From: a virus
IMG/VR virus record: IMGVR_UViG_3300008262_000047
Length of the DNA stretch: 64,000 nt
Direction: 5' to 3' (one strand)
Every line of letters starts with the position of its first letter. Position 1 is the stretch's first letter. A model generated the notes under the pieces. The model saw only the letters and a program-made list of their open reading frames with translations. It had not been told where the DNA came from and did no database searches. Shown here one piece after another: positions 7,015 through 17,509 of this stretch. A program made the translations under genes and the position numbers.

Positions 7015-9971
7015 TAGATAGACGTTTAATTATCAATGAAATACAACGACAGTTTCCGAAAGATAATGATAATAGTATTGAATCATTATTGCGTATTTCA
7101 CCCACCTTACGTGGATTAATTGAATCAGAAGAAGGCGCCGAAACTTTCACAACAACATTTGGGACATTTTCTCTCCCCCAATTTCTAACTCCTTCCATTA
7201 TTAATCAGATTGTTCGTGAAATTGCGGAAGCACGAAATGTTGATGGCACCTCAATTAACAGTGTTAATGCATTGTCAGCGTTAACTGAAGTTTTGCAGAT
7301 TGCTCAATCTCAAAATCCATTCACAGTAACACCTGATGACATTTACGCTGCGTCACAATATGAAAATTATGAAGATATCCCATTACAAGAAAATACATTA
7401 TTAACGACATTTGATGGTGATGTATTCATTGACCCAACAACAGGAGCATTGGCATTAGCACCCACTCCTAATTCTCGTATTCTTGCACCAGAAAAAAGTC
7501 CCGAAGGACACATTGGACCATTAACTCCTGAAGATGTTGAAATTTTTGCTTTGTTGCTCGAAGATGAAATTCGTCAAGAACGTGTGGCACAAGGATCACC
7601 TCATGGGTTAGATGTCATTGATGAAAATGAAAAAATGGGTTTATATGGATTGACGGTTCCTGATTTAGTCTCAATTGGTGTCGTAAGTCAAGGAGCCATT
7701 GATGATTGGAACTCCATCCCTGAAAATGCACGTGAAGATTATGCCAAACAAGCTGTATTGGCAGGCGTCATCTCATTGGCATTTTACAATAACATCCCAT
7801 ATATTCTACGAACATCATTAAGTTGGTATGTCATGGCGAATGCTCGCTTTTGGCTTGAAAGACTTATTGGTCCTAAAAACTTCATGACGTTACAAAGAAT
7901 ACAGCGTTTGTTAATGTATCGTCATGTATTGCGTCAGTGGAAAACAACGTTTGCATATTTTGTTAAAAATCTCATCACACGCAAATCACAGATATTAGGA
8001 CATTTATTGGCGGCACGATTAGTGGGTGAACGTGCTGCACGTGCATTTGGATTAGGTGGGCAATTCGCCTCGGTGATTGGAAGAACAGCGGAAGAAATTT
8101 ATAATCGAGGTGTGAAGGCAGTAGAAAGTGGTATACGAAATCCTACGTCAGCAGCTCAAATTGACCAAGCGGCTCGTACAGTACCAACACCACCCACACC
8201 TCGTCCAACAACATCTCGCAAATATAGATTCTTCCCTAACATCCTGCAGCAAAACACGAATGAACCTTTACGCCGAGTCCCAGATAATCAAGGATTCTAT
8301 GACCCCAATCGTGTATATCCGCGTGTCACACATATAGGTGAACCTGATACAAATCGGTTGGCACGTAATCATAAAATTAAGGACACGATTGTACAAACAA
8401 AGGATGAAGAACGCATACTTGATGTTCCTGTTGCACGAAAATCATCTCCCACCAAATGGAGTCAACCCAAGTCCCCATATAACACAAAATATCCTTACAA
8501 CCATGTGTATGAGTCTGAATCTGGACACGTAATTGAATATGATGACACACCAAACAATGAACGTATGCATTGGTATCACCGTGAAGGCACCTTCATGGAA
8601 ATTGATAGAAATGGTACTATGGTGCGTAAAATTGTGGGTGATGGTTATGAAATATGGGAACGAGATGGGTATGTATACATTGGGGGCAAGTGCAATGTAA
8701 CCGTAGAAGGTAATTGTAATCTGTATGTGAAGAACAATGTGAATCTTCAAGTTGACGGAAATCTTACTGCCGATGTTCACAAGACAGTGACTTTCAATGT
8801 TGCCAAAGATTTCAATGTTACAGCAGGCGGCACAATTAATTTGAAGGCCAAGAAAAATGTCAACGTGGAGTCAGGTGCCACTATTAATGCCAAGGCGAAA
8901 AACAACTTTAATGCGTCAGGCAAAAATGTCAACATCCAAGCTCAGGCAGTAATGAAACTGTCAGGTAAGTTGAAGGCTTCATTGGCAGCACCACAGGGAC
9001 AAGCATTATTACTATCAGGTGCGGGTACGGTTGTTGTGAACGGTACAGGATTGGCATTGCTACCATTGCCAGGTGCCGCTGCGGCAACTTTGGCTAAATC
9101 GAATGAAGCATCTACCGCAGGATCTGCTGATATTGGTGATCCTCCAGGTGAACGTAATCCCCGCGAGCCTCAACTTGTACCTTTGACATTGGAAGATAGA
9201 GTTGATGAGTGGGCGTCATCATTGTCTACATTGGCGGAAAATCCTGAAGATAATCGGGACGCCATTAATGCCTTGAAGAAGAAAGGCGTTGATGAAGGAT
9301 TAGTCACAAATGAAGATTTGAATCGCCCATTGGCAGAAGGAACAAGAGATGAAACACCACCTCCGGCAGCGAGACCGGCGGCAGTTGCCTCATGTCAGCT
9401 CATCTATTCACAATCTTCATTCCCAAGTTCATATAGTTTAACTCCGAATGTTACATTAGGATCCCTGCCCGGATATAATGTACTTCGCGGACAATATGGA
9501 TTAACTGTACAGGACATGGTGTGTAATTTACGTCAATTGGCAGTAAATGTCATAGAACCCATGTTTGAATTAGTTGGGAAGGGTAACATCATCATCACCT
9601 CGGTGTTTAGAACTCCTGAATCTGTAACTGGATCCTTGAATCCACCCCGAGGCGTATCATTCCATCAACAAGGTCTGGGTATTGATGTATGCTTCCATAG
9701 AAAAAACTTCTCAGAATACTATAACATTGCTGTCCAATTGAAAAACTCCATTCAGTACGATAAACTACTTCTTGAATATCGTTTAGGAAATGTTCGTGGG
9801 GTGTCATCATATAAACCTTGGATTCACATACAATGGCAACAACAGGGTATTAATTTAGCGAATGGGAACAAGGGAGGACAGGCTAGATTACAAGCATTTA
9901 CTCTCAAAAATGATAGAACATATTCTCAGACACTTGTTAACCTATTACCAGACTCCACATTAAGATATTAA
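7011..9971 (+). CDS. gp5: gp5 C-terminal part: beta-helix spike with a C-terminal peptidase M15-like domain
   Basis: YPYNHVYESESGHVIEYDDTP...YHREGTFMEI and VxGN beta-helix repeats; C-terminal ITSVFR...SFHQQGLGID...WIH. Confidence 0.82.
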   Translation: MIDRRLIINEIQRQFPKDNDNSIESLLRISPTLRGLIESEEGAETFTTTFGTFSLPQFLTPSIINQIVREIAEARNVDGTSINSVNALSALTEVLQIAQSQNPFTVTPDDIYAASQYENYEDIPLQENTLLTTFDGDVFIDPTTGALALAPTPNSRILAPEKSPEGHIGPLTPEDVEIFALLLEDEIRQERVAQGSPHGLDVIDENEKMGLYGLTVPDLVSIGVVSQGAIDDWNSIPENAREDYAKQAVLAGVISLAFYNNIPYILRTSLSWYVMANARFWLERLIGPKNFMTLQRIQRLLMYRHVLRQWKTTFAYFVKNLITRKSQILGHLLAARLVGERAARAFGLGGQFASVIGRTAEEIYNRGVKAVESGIRNPTSAAQIDQAARTVPTPPTPRPTTSRKYRFFPNILQQNTNEPLRRVPDNQGFYDPNRVYPRVTHIGEPDTNRLARNHKIKDTIVQTKDEERILDVPVARKSSPTKWSQPKSPYNTKYPYNHVYESESGHVIEYDDTPNNERMHWYHREGTFMEIDRNGTMVRKIVGDGYEIWERDGYVYIGGKCNVTVEGNCNLYVKNNVNLQVDGNLTADVHKTVTFNVAKDFNVTAGGTINLKAKKNVNVESGATINAKAKNNFNASGKNVNIQAQAVMKLSGKLKASLAAPQGQALLLSGAGTVVVNGTGLALLPLPGAAAATLAKSNEASTAGSADIGDPPGERNPREPQLVPLTLEDRVDEWASSLSTLAENPEDNRDAINALKKKGVDEGLVTNEDLNRPLAEGTRDETPPPAARPAAVASCQLIYSQSSFPSSYSLTPNVTLGSLPGYNVLRGQYGLTVQDMVCNLRQLAVNVIEPMFELVGKGNIIITSVFRTPESVTGSLNPPRGVSFHQQGLGIDVCFHRKNFSEYYNIAVQLKNSIQYDKLLLEYRLGNVRGVSSYKPWIHIQWQQQGINLANGNKGGQARLQAFTLKNDRTYSQTLVNLLPDSTLRY

Positions 9972-9977
9972 ATTTAA

Positions 9978-9985
9978 TATAAATA
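9978..9985 (+). promoter_or_regulatory. Late promoter TATAAATA upstream of gp25
   Basis: Exact motif in the intergenic gap. Confidence 0.6.
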
Positions 9986-9990
9986 ATGTC

Positions 9991-10380
9991 ATGACCATAC
10001 CTAATAGAATTTACCAAGATTTAGACTTAACATTTAGCGTTACTGCAACAAAAGATGTTGCAAAACGTTTGGATGTTAATGCTGTCAAACAATCCATAAA
10101 AAATCTCTTGTTTATTCGGAAGGGAGAAAAGTTATTTCGTCCTGAAATTGGTTCAGATTTGCAAAGAATTTTGTTTGAACCTATGGATTTTTTAACTGTA
10201 GACTTACTTCGTGACGTTATTAGTGAAACGATACAGAAATTTGAACCGCGTGTTCGCATAGAAAATATTGAGATTATTCCTGACTATGACACCAATTCAT
10301 ATGATTTAACATTGTATTTTTATGTGATTGGCATCTACACACCTGTTACATTTAATCTAACCTTACAGAGACTTCGCTAA
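9991..10380 (+). CDS. gp25: Baseplate wedge subunit
   Basis: YQDLDLTF, AVKQSIKNL, GEKLFRPEIGS, FEPRV. Confidence 0.93.
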   Translation: MTIPNRIYQDLDLTFSVTATKDVAKRLDVNAVKQSIKNLLFIRKGEKLFRPEIGSDLQRILFEPMDFLTVDLLRDVISETIQKFEPRVRIENIEIIPDYDTNSYDLTLYFYVIGIYTPVTFNLTLQRLR

Positions 10381-12251
10381 TGGCCGAACTAAGAGTCACG
10401 GAACTAGAATTTCAACAAATCAAAGAGAATTTAATTCGTTATTTAGGTGCATCTGAACAGTTCTCAGATTACAATTTCGAAGGTTCAGGTATCAGTAATT
10501 TATTGGATGTGTTGGCATATAACACACATTACAATGCCATATTGGCACATCTACAAGCTAATGAAATGTTTATTGATACGGCTGTCAAGCGTTCATCTGT
10601 TGTATCTATTGCAAAAACACTAGGATACACACCCAGAAGTGTTATCTCCCCTAAGGCGAGAGTTAATGTCACAGTGGCAAGTGCTCAGGCAGGACCTTTA
10701 TCACTACCTGCAAATACAAAATTTTCAGCATCAGTTGATGGACAAAGTTTTACATTCGTATCATTAGTTGAGCATATTGCAACAAAAGTTGCCGGATCAT
10801 TCACATTTAGTAATGTTGATATTGTTGAAGGTGTTGTCATCTCACAACAACAAACAGTCACATCTGACATTGTGACAGGTCCCATCACTATTAAAAATAG
10901 TAACATTGATTTGTCCACATTGGCCGTCACTGTTCAAAATAGTCAAGCAGATTTAACAACAACAGCATGGAAACGTTCAGAAACCGTTATTGATATTACA
11001 AGTAGTGATACGGTGTATTGGGTGGAAGAAGGTCAAGATGGATATTATAAGTTGTTTTTTGGTGACAACATCATAGGTAAAAGTTTGACATCAGGAAACA
11101 TTGTTAACATTCAATATGTGGCATCGTTGGGTGATAGTGCAAATGGTGCACAAACCTTCTCAATTCAAACAACACTAGGCGGCGGATCTCCAATCACAAC
11201 GTTAGTGCATGCTGCTTCAGGTGGTTCTGACAGAGAAAACATTGATAGTATTCGTTTTAACGCACCTCGGTATAATGCCACACGCGGCAGAGCTGTTACT
11301 GTTGAAGATTACAAGTCATTAATTTTAGCAAACTTTGATAAAGCAAAATCTGTTGCCGTTTGGGGCGGTGAACAAAATGTTCCTCCCATTTATGGCAAAG
11401 TATTCATGTCAATTGATCCTAAAGAAGATTACATCATCACTGAATCTGACAAAGACAACATCATTAACAGTGTAATTCGTCCTCGTAGTGTATTGTCATT
11501 ACAGCATGAATTTGTTGATCCTACATATCTTCATGTTGGAATGGATGTGAAAGTTTCGTATAATCCTAAAATTACACCATACACATCCAATCAAATTTCA
11601 AGTTTAGTGGCAGGGGAAATTCGTCGCTACTTTTCTAATGAATTGTCAACATTGGATAAGAAATTCTATTATGGTCAATTGATTAATAGAATACAAACTT
11701 CACAGCGTTCCATCTTAGGAACATTGGTGGATTTACGCTTGCAACGTAGACTTGTTCCCATTTTAAATGTCCCTGAATCATTGAATGTGTATTTCACAAC
11801 AGCCATTGAACCCAACTCGTTTAAGAGTACAAATTTCAAGACCACAATTCAAGGTGTTCAATACACCGCCTATATTCAAGATTATCCAGATGAAACTCCG
11901 CCTTCACGTACAGGAACGGGCACGTTAAAACTTCTGGATGCATCAACCAATAGAATCATTGATAACAACTACGGTAAAATTTACTATAGTGATTCAGGGT
12001 TATTTGTTATCAACCGTTTATTGGTTACACAATTAATTGCAGGCGCATTTGATGTCCGTTTTTCTGCGTTACCACAAGATTTAAATAAAGATTTAGCACC
12101 CACCATTGTAAGAACTACTCCTATTGTGGAACGTGCTGTTTATCCCTATCCTTCACAAAACATTGTGGTTGTGTTAGATGATAGTCAACAAAATAAAGCC
12201 CTAGGAACATTGTCTGGTTTAACCGTTACAGCACAACCATTTGAAGGATAA
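10380..12251 (+). CDS. gp6: Baseplate wedge subunit
   Basis: DYNFEGSGISNLLDVLAYNTHY, RSSVVSIAKTLGYTPRS, RAVTVEDY, WGGE. Confidence 0.93.
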   Translation: MAELRVTELEFQQIKENLIRYLGASEQFSDYNFEGSGISNLLDVLAYNTHYNAILAHLQANEMFIDTAVKRSSVVSIAKTLGYTPRSVISPKARVNVTVASAQAGPLSLPANTKFSASVDGQSFTFVSLVEHIATKVAGSFTFSNVDIVEGVVISQQQTVTSDIVTGPITIKNSNIDLSTLAVTVQNSQADLTTTAWKRSETVIDITSSDTVYWVEEGQDGYYKLFFGDNIIGKSLTSGNIVNIQYVASLGDSANGAQTFSIQTTLGGGSPITTLVHAASGGSDRENIDSIRFNAPRYNATRGRAVTVEDYKSLILANFDKAKSVAVWGGEQNVPPIYGKVFMSIDPKEDYIITESDKDNIINSVIRPRSVLSLQHEFVDPTYLHVGMDVKVSYNPKITPYTSNQISSLVAGEIRRYFSNELSTLDKKFYYGQLINRIQTSQRSILGTLVDLRLQRRLVPILNVPESLNVYFTTAIEPNSFKSTNFKTTIQGVQYTAYIQDYPDETPPSRTGTGTLKLLDASTNRIIDNNYGKIYYSDSGLFVINRLLVTQLIAGAFDVRFSALPQDLNKDLAPTIVRTTPIVERAVYPYPSQNIVVVLDDSQQNKALGTLSGLTVTAQPFEG

Positions 12252-14851
12252 TGTCAAACTTAAAGAACAAGTTACAGCATTTAGTTGAAGGACAGATACC
12301 TGAATATCTTCGCGTATCATATCCTAGATTTGCTTCGTTCATTAAAGAGTACTATACATTTCTTGACACCAATCGTCAAGCCAATGCAGTACTTCTTAAT
12401 TCTAACACTTGGACAGACGTTGATTTAACATTAGATTTATTTGTGGATGAAATGCGTAAGCAACATGCTTATGATATTTCCTCAGAAGCCTTAACTGAAC
12501 AGCGTCGTTTAATTAAGTTTATCAATCAATATTACGAAGCAAAGGGAACAGAAAACGCTGCGGAATTGTATTTCCGCATGATGTATAATGATACCGCAAC
12601 TATAAAATATCCCGGTGATTATGTTCTACGTGCTTCTGATGGCGTTTGGCAGTCGAAAAAAACACTGAAGATTGATACTGATTTCACACAAATTGATCCT
12701 GCCTCATTAGATTTAGCGCCCGCTGATTTACGTGAAGTCGCTGATGATGTATTTTCTCTGAAAGAAAAAACAATATATTTAAAGTATCATCGTCGTGAAC
12801 CTACCGGATTGAAACTATACTCACATGAATTGGGGTGTGTTGAGGTTGGTCGTATCATTACAAACAATGATATTTTTGAACTAGAAGTTGACGTTCCTAA
12901 AACCATTAACGTAAAAGATTTCAATGAAGCTTTAGCAACCTTATCATATTATGATACGGTATGGGTTACAGCATTTGTTAATGGTGTTGAATATGTGTAT
13001 GGTTTTTTGACACAGCAACTTATAGGATACACCATTCTTTCCGGCGGTGAAAATTTCCGCCGCCGTGATACCTTCACAGTAGAAGTGGAAGAAAGTCCGT
13101 TATATCCTATCCCAGGACAAGAAAATAACAATGGCATCATTCGTGTAACAAGTGTAACCAAAAAAGATGTTGAAGAATATTTTGCGTCTGATTATGTTTC
13201 AATAGGTTCAGAGTATGCTGCTAGTGATACTGAAGGTGTCATTAATAACTTTCGTTTCATTTCTACCGGACATCGCTTTGATGTCACGGGTGATTACTTT
13301 GCAGAATTATATAATGAAGATGACGATTACACAACATATAAAGATTTCACCCGCGTATTAGAAAATCCCAGAAAAAGTAGATTCTCTACATTAGTAACAG
13401 GTGATTATTTTGAAGAACGCGAAGGTGTTACATCATACATGGAATTCAATGATGACCGAGGTTATACTGATTTCAATGAAACAATATATAATCTCAGTTC
13501 TGCCACAGTACGATTCGAAGTAGGATACATTTACGAACATCCCGGTGCATGGAAAAATAATGCTGGCTTCTTGTCAGATATCAATAAATTACAAGACAAC
13601 TATTATTATCAGGCATATTCCTATGTGGTACAAACTAAAAATGTACCATATGAAACTTGGAACACCTTATATAAAAATAGTGCCCATCCTGCAGGGTTCA
13701 TTGTGTTTGGTGAATTACTTGTTGAAAATGACATTACATTTACACCGATAGATATTACAAGTACACAATACATTATCAACAATTTTGATGATGGTGTTCA
13801 ACCAGTTGATACTGTTGCAAAACATGTTGCAAAACCTGTTACTGATACTTTCTCTGTAAGTGAAAATTCCATATACAATTTCAATAAGTCGTTGACTGAT
13901 ACGGCGGTTGTAGATGACGTATCAGGATTGGAGTTAAATATTCAACCAGTCTTTAGTGATATTGTAGTATCGTCTGATATCCTTGCGAAAGACATTAACA
14001 TTGCCAATATTACTGATGGTGTTGTTACCTCAGAAACATTCTTTGCAGAAATTACTATTGAACGTTCATTGGAAGATACAATAATTACTAGTGATACAGT
14101 ATCCACAAAGAATGTTAGTAAATTAGTGGAAGACAATACCTCTAGCAGTGATATTCTTTCATACTCTCTTACGAAAACAAATATAACTGACTCAGTTAAT
14201 ACCTTAGATTCGGTTGAAAAAAATATCAGTATACAAATTGATGGTAATACGTATAATATAGAAAATTTCTTTGAAGAAGAATATGTAAGTGATAACGTGG
14301 TTACTGTGTCGGATGAGTTTTTACTTACCCGTACATATTTCTATACCGATACAGTTACAGTAGATGATACACCTTCTGTAAATTTACAACTTAATAAAAC
14401 AGAAGATGTTGAGACAACTGATACTGTGGATACTATTTTCATCGAAAAAAATATTGCCGATTCTGTTATTGTCAGTGATATAAAAAATATTGTCTTTTCA
14501 CAAGAAGATGATGTAACAAGTGATTTGACTGAACAAGTGTCTATAACTGATAGCATAGAAATTTTCAGAGCATATTCTACAGATGAAACGGTAAATATCA
14601 ATGACTCAAATGTTCTTCTTGTTGGAAAAAATGTTTCAGATAGTGTATCTTCATCAGAAACTATAAACACGTTTGATGTCGATAAAAACATTATTGATAC
14701 TGTGTTAACAGGTGAAATTGTAATTCGTGATTTCGAAAAGTTTTTCAATAACACAACATCATTGTCTGATTTGATTTGTATCGCCCTAGACGATTATATT
14801 GCAACAGGGTATGTTGATATAGGATATGCAGGAACGGTCAACTGTACTTAA
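12251..14851 (+). CDS. gp7: Baseplate wedge initiator (gp7-like) with repetitive acidic C-terminal extension
   Basis: YYEAKGTE, LRASDGVW, LQDNYYYQAYSYV, HPAGFIVFG; follows gp6. Confidence 0.75.
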   Translation: MSNLKNKLQHLVEGQIPEYLRVSYPRFASFIKEYYTFLDTNRQANAVLLNSNTWTDVDLTLDLFVDEMRKQHAYDISSEALTEQRRLIKFINQYYEAKGTENAAELYFRMMYNDTATIKYPGDYVLRASDGVWQSKKTLKIDTDFTQIDPASLDLAPADLREVADDVFSLKEKTIYLKYHRREPTGLKLYSHELGCVEVGRIITNNDIFELEVDVPKTINVKDFNEALATLSYYDTVWVTAFVNGVEYVYGFLTQQLIGYTILSGGENFRRRDTFTVEVEESPLYPIPGQENNNGIIRVTSVTKKDVEEYFASDYVSIGSEYAASDTEGVINNFRFISTGHRFDVTGDYFAELYNEDDDYTTYKDFTRVLENPRKSRFSTLVTGDYFEEREGVTSYMEFNDDRGYTDFNETIYNLSSATVRFEVGYIYEHPGAWKNNAGFLSDINKLQDNYYYQAYSYVVQTKNVPYETWNTLYKNSAHPAGFIVFGELLVENDITFTPIDITSTQYIINNFDDGVQPVDTVAKHVAKPVTDTFSVSENSIYNFNKSLTDTAVVDDVSGLELNIQPVFSDIVVSSDILAKDINIANITDGVVTSETFFAEITIERSLEDTIITSDTVSTKNVSKLVEDNTSSSDILSYSLTKTNITDSVNTLDSVEKNISIQIDGNTYNIENFFEEEYVSDNVVTVSDEFLLTRTYFYTDTVTVDDTPSVNLQLNKTEDVETTDTVDTIFIEKNIADSVIVSDIKNIVFSQEDDVTSDLTEQVSITDSIEIFRAYSTDETVNINDSNVLLVGKNVSDSVSSSETINTFDVDKNIIDTVLTGEIVIRDFEKFFNNTTSLSDLICIALDDYIATGYVDIGYAGTVNCT

Positions 14852-14856
14852 AGTAG

Positions 14857-14864
14857 TATAAATA
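14857..14864 (+). promoter_or_regulatory. Late promoter TATAAATA
   Basis: Exact motif, followed by an AGGAG RBS before 14898. Confidence 0.75.
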
Positions 14865-14897
14865 CTAATAACAACTTTTACTTTTTAGGAGAAAGAA

Positions 14898-15344
14898 ATG
14901 CAAGAAAACATCAAGGCAACAGGTAAGTTGAACATTGTTCTTCGTGATGAAAATGGTAACATCAAAGAAGAACACACCCACGACAACTTAGTTGTAACAA
15001 CAGGTTTACAACACATTGCATCCCGTATGGCAGGCACATCACAAGGCGTCATGTCACACATGGAAGTGGGTACAGATAACACCGCAGCATCAGCCGGGCA
15101 AACTGGATTAATCGCAGGCGGTTTAACAGCTGGTCGTCAAGGTCTTGACTCATACACAGCCTCAGGTGCAACTGTAACTGCCGTTGCAACTTTTGCTGCA
15201 GGTGAAGGCACAGGCGCATTGACAGAAGCAGGCATCTTCAATGCTAGTTCATCAGGCACCATGTTGTGCCGTACAGTGTTCCCAGTAGTTAACAAGGGAT
15301 CATCTGATAGTATGTCAATCACTTGGACCATCACCATCTCATAA
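14898..15344 (+). CDS. Small virion structural protein (tail/baseplate associated)
   Basis: NLVVTTG, ALTEAGIFNA, SITWTIT resemble tail-collar/fibre-attachment domains; strong RBS. Confidence 0.6.
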   Translation: MQENIKATGKLNIVLRDENGNIKEEHTHDNLVVTTGLQHIASRMAGTSQGVMSHMEVGTDNTAASAGQTGLIAGGLTAGRQGLDSYTASGATVTAVATFAAGEGTGALTEAGIFNASSSGTMLCRTVFPVVNKGSSDSMSITWTITIS

Positions 15345-15361
15345 TTCAGTAAGTAAACAAT

Positions 15362-17503
15362 ATGGCTAACCTGATTCCTGCTCAAACCAGGCACGAAATT
15401 GCTCGGTCAATTTATCGTGACATCATTACAGGACATGACTTTTTCTATGTTTTCGCAGGAAAATCATTTGAAGAAGCCGATACTCCTGTAGATACCCGAC
15501 ACTACATTTCCGACGTACATAGAAATATGTTGTTGGCAAAACGTGTCGTACCTGGTCCTTATGATGTGGTTTATATGATTCGTCGTAAGGATTGGGAATC
15601 AGGGACCATATATGTTGAATATAGTGATTATGAAGAATTGGCATATGATGACGACGGTGTTTTTGTTGTAGAAGATTTTTATGTAATGACTGACGAATAT
15701 AATATTTACAAGTGTATTCGTGTCGGAAGAAACAGTCAAGGTGTTGCCATTGCCTCAACTATAAAACCAACATCAACAACTCCTGAGCCTGTGGTATTAA
15801 GTGATGGGTATTGTTGGAAGTTCATGTATGAAGTTCCTGTCATTGATAGAATTAAGTTTCTTACAACAGATTATATTCCTGTGCGAAATGTATCTGACGG
15901 TGTTAATTTCAATGTGAATGGTGTTATTGAAGAAGTTCGTATTGAGAGCCCAGGTGAAGGATATAATACACCATACCTAGTAATTAAGGGCGACGGATTA
16001 GTACCCACAACCATTACATTTAATGGTGGCACAGCTGTAGATTCCGCAAACGATACCATTGAATATCCGGGTCATAATTTTGCAACAGGTGATGCCGTAA
16101 CATATAATACAGGTGGCGGAACTTCCATCACAAATTTAACAAACAATACTGTTTACTATACTATATTCTATACCAATAAAGAAATTCGTTTAGCAGCATC
16201 GTTAGTTGATGCTGAAAATGGCGCATATATTAATATTGCGTCGGGTGTGGGATTGTCACACTCATTGACACCTGTAGGCACAACATCAAACGTGACAATT
16301 GACGGTGCGGGGAGTATCACTTCTGTTACTGTCACAAACTCAATGCGCGGATATACACATGCCCGTGCAATCATGTATGATGCTAAAACTACACCTGCTG
16401 ATTATAGCCCATCAATTTCTGGCTCAGAAAACTATTCAGGGACCATCTCCACTGATTCCACAACGCGATTGGTGTTGGGCACAGATACAGATTTCACAAA
16501 TGAATTGGAAGATGGGTGGACCATTGTAGATTCAGCGAACAATGTGATAGGTGTTGTATCTAATATCATCTCTTCCACTGAATTGGAATTGGTCACATTC
16601 CCAGAAGTTGAACTTGCCAACTCAACATATAGTGCATTTTCGGGTAATGGATTTCAGGGCATAGTTGTTTTAGGTGCTGAAACAGCAAGTGGTATCAATC
16701 AAGATGTGGTACTTGAAACAATTCATGGAGCCATTTATAAAGTTGATATCCTCGACGGCGGCGCTGGATATGATACAGCAACCGTTGAAGTTATTGGTGA
16801 TGGTACGGGTGCAGAATTGTATATTGATCCCGATGATGATATTGTAAATGGTGTAATTAAGAATGTTCAAATTTTAGATTACGGACAAAATTACAATTAT
16901 GCTCGCATTGTAATTAATGGATTGCCCACTGAAGTGGCATCTGTGCGAGCAAACGTAGGTCCTCAACGAGGGCATGGATTCAACATCGCCCAAGAATTGT
17001 TTGCTCATACATTGTGTATTAGTACAACAATCACCACAGAAAATGCCGATTTATTCCAAGGTAATGATTATCGTCAACTCGGAATTGTAAAGAATCTCAA
17101 GTTGTATAATGCAACACAAGATGTTGATATTGGGTATTTTCAAAAGGATACAGGAACAAGTTCGTTCATCGTCACCGTTCCTGAAGATGAATATAATGAA
17201 TATTCCATTGACGATGAAATTGAGTCATCAACAGGTGGTATATATAAAGTATTAACAAAGTTGTTTGATGCATCAACAGAAACGTATAAGGTCTATCTGG
17301 CATATGTTGAAGGAACAGAAGGACTCACAACAGAAAATACGTTCACGAACAACACAACAGAATTTGAAAACTTGACCTGTACAAATGTGGAAGACCCTGA
17401 ATTTGATAAAAATACAGGCACCATCATTTACGTGAACGATTTCTCTCCCATCACACGTACAGCAGAACAGATTGAAACTATTAAACTCTTTTTACACTTC
17501 TAG
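15362..17503 (+). CDS. gp8: Baseplate wedge subunit gp8-like, with inserted beta domains
   Basis: RRKDWESGTIY, FYVMTDEYNIYKCI, DGYCWKFMY, GHG, DYRQLGIVKN, EQIETIKLFLHF. Confidence 0.8.
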   Translation: MANLIPAQTRHEIARSIYRDIITGHDFFYVFAGKSFEEADTPVDTRHYISDVHRNMLLAKRVVPGPYDVVYMIRRKDWESGTIYVEYSDYEELAYDDDGVFVVEDFYVMTDEYNIYKCIRVGRNSQGVAIASTIKPTSTTPEPVVLSDGYCWKFMYEVPVIDRIKFLTTDYIPVRNVSDGVNFNVNGVIEEVRIESPGEGYNTPYLVIKGDGLVPTTITFNGGTAVDSANDTIEYPGHNFATGDAVTYNTGGGTSITNLTNNTVYYTIFYTNKEIRLAASLVDAENGAYINIASGVGLSHSLTPVGTTSNVTIDGAGSITSVTVTNSMRGYTHARAIMYDAKTTPADYSPSISGSENYSGTISTDSTTRLVLGTDTDFTNELEDGWTIVDSANNVIGVVSNIISSTELELVTFPEVELANSTYSAFSGNGFQGIVVLGAETASGINQDVVLETIHGAIYKVDILDGGAGYDTATVEVIGDGTGAELYIDPDDDIVNGVIKNVQILDYGQNYNYARIVINGLPTEVASVRANVGPQRGHGFNIAQELFAHTLCISTTITTENADLFQGNDYRQLGIVKNLKLYNATQDVDIGYFQKDTGTSSFIVTVPEDEYNEYSIDDEIESSTGGIYKVLTKLFDASTETYKVYLAYVEGTEGLTTENTFTNNTTEFENLTCTNVEDPEFDKNTGTIIYVNDFSPITRTAEQIETIKLFLHF

Positions 17504-17509
17504 GTACAT

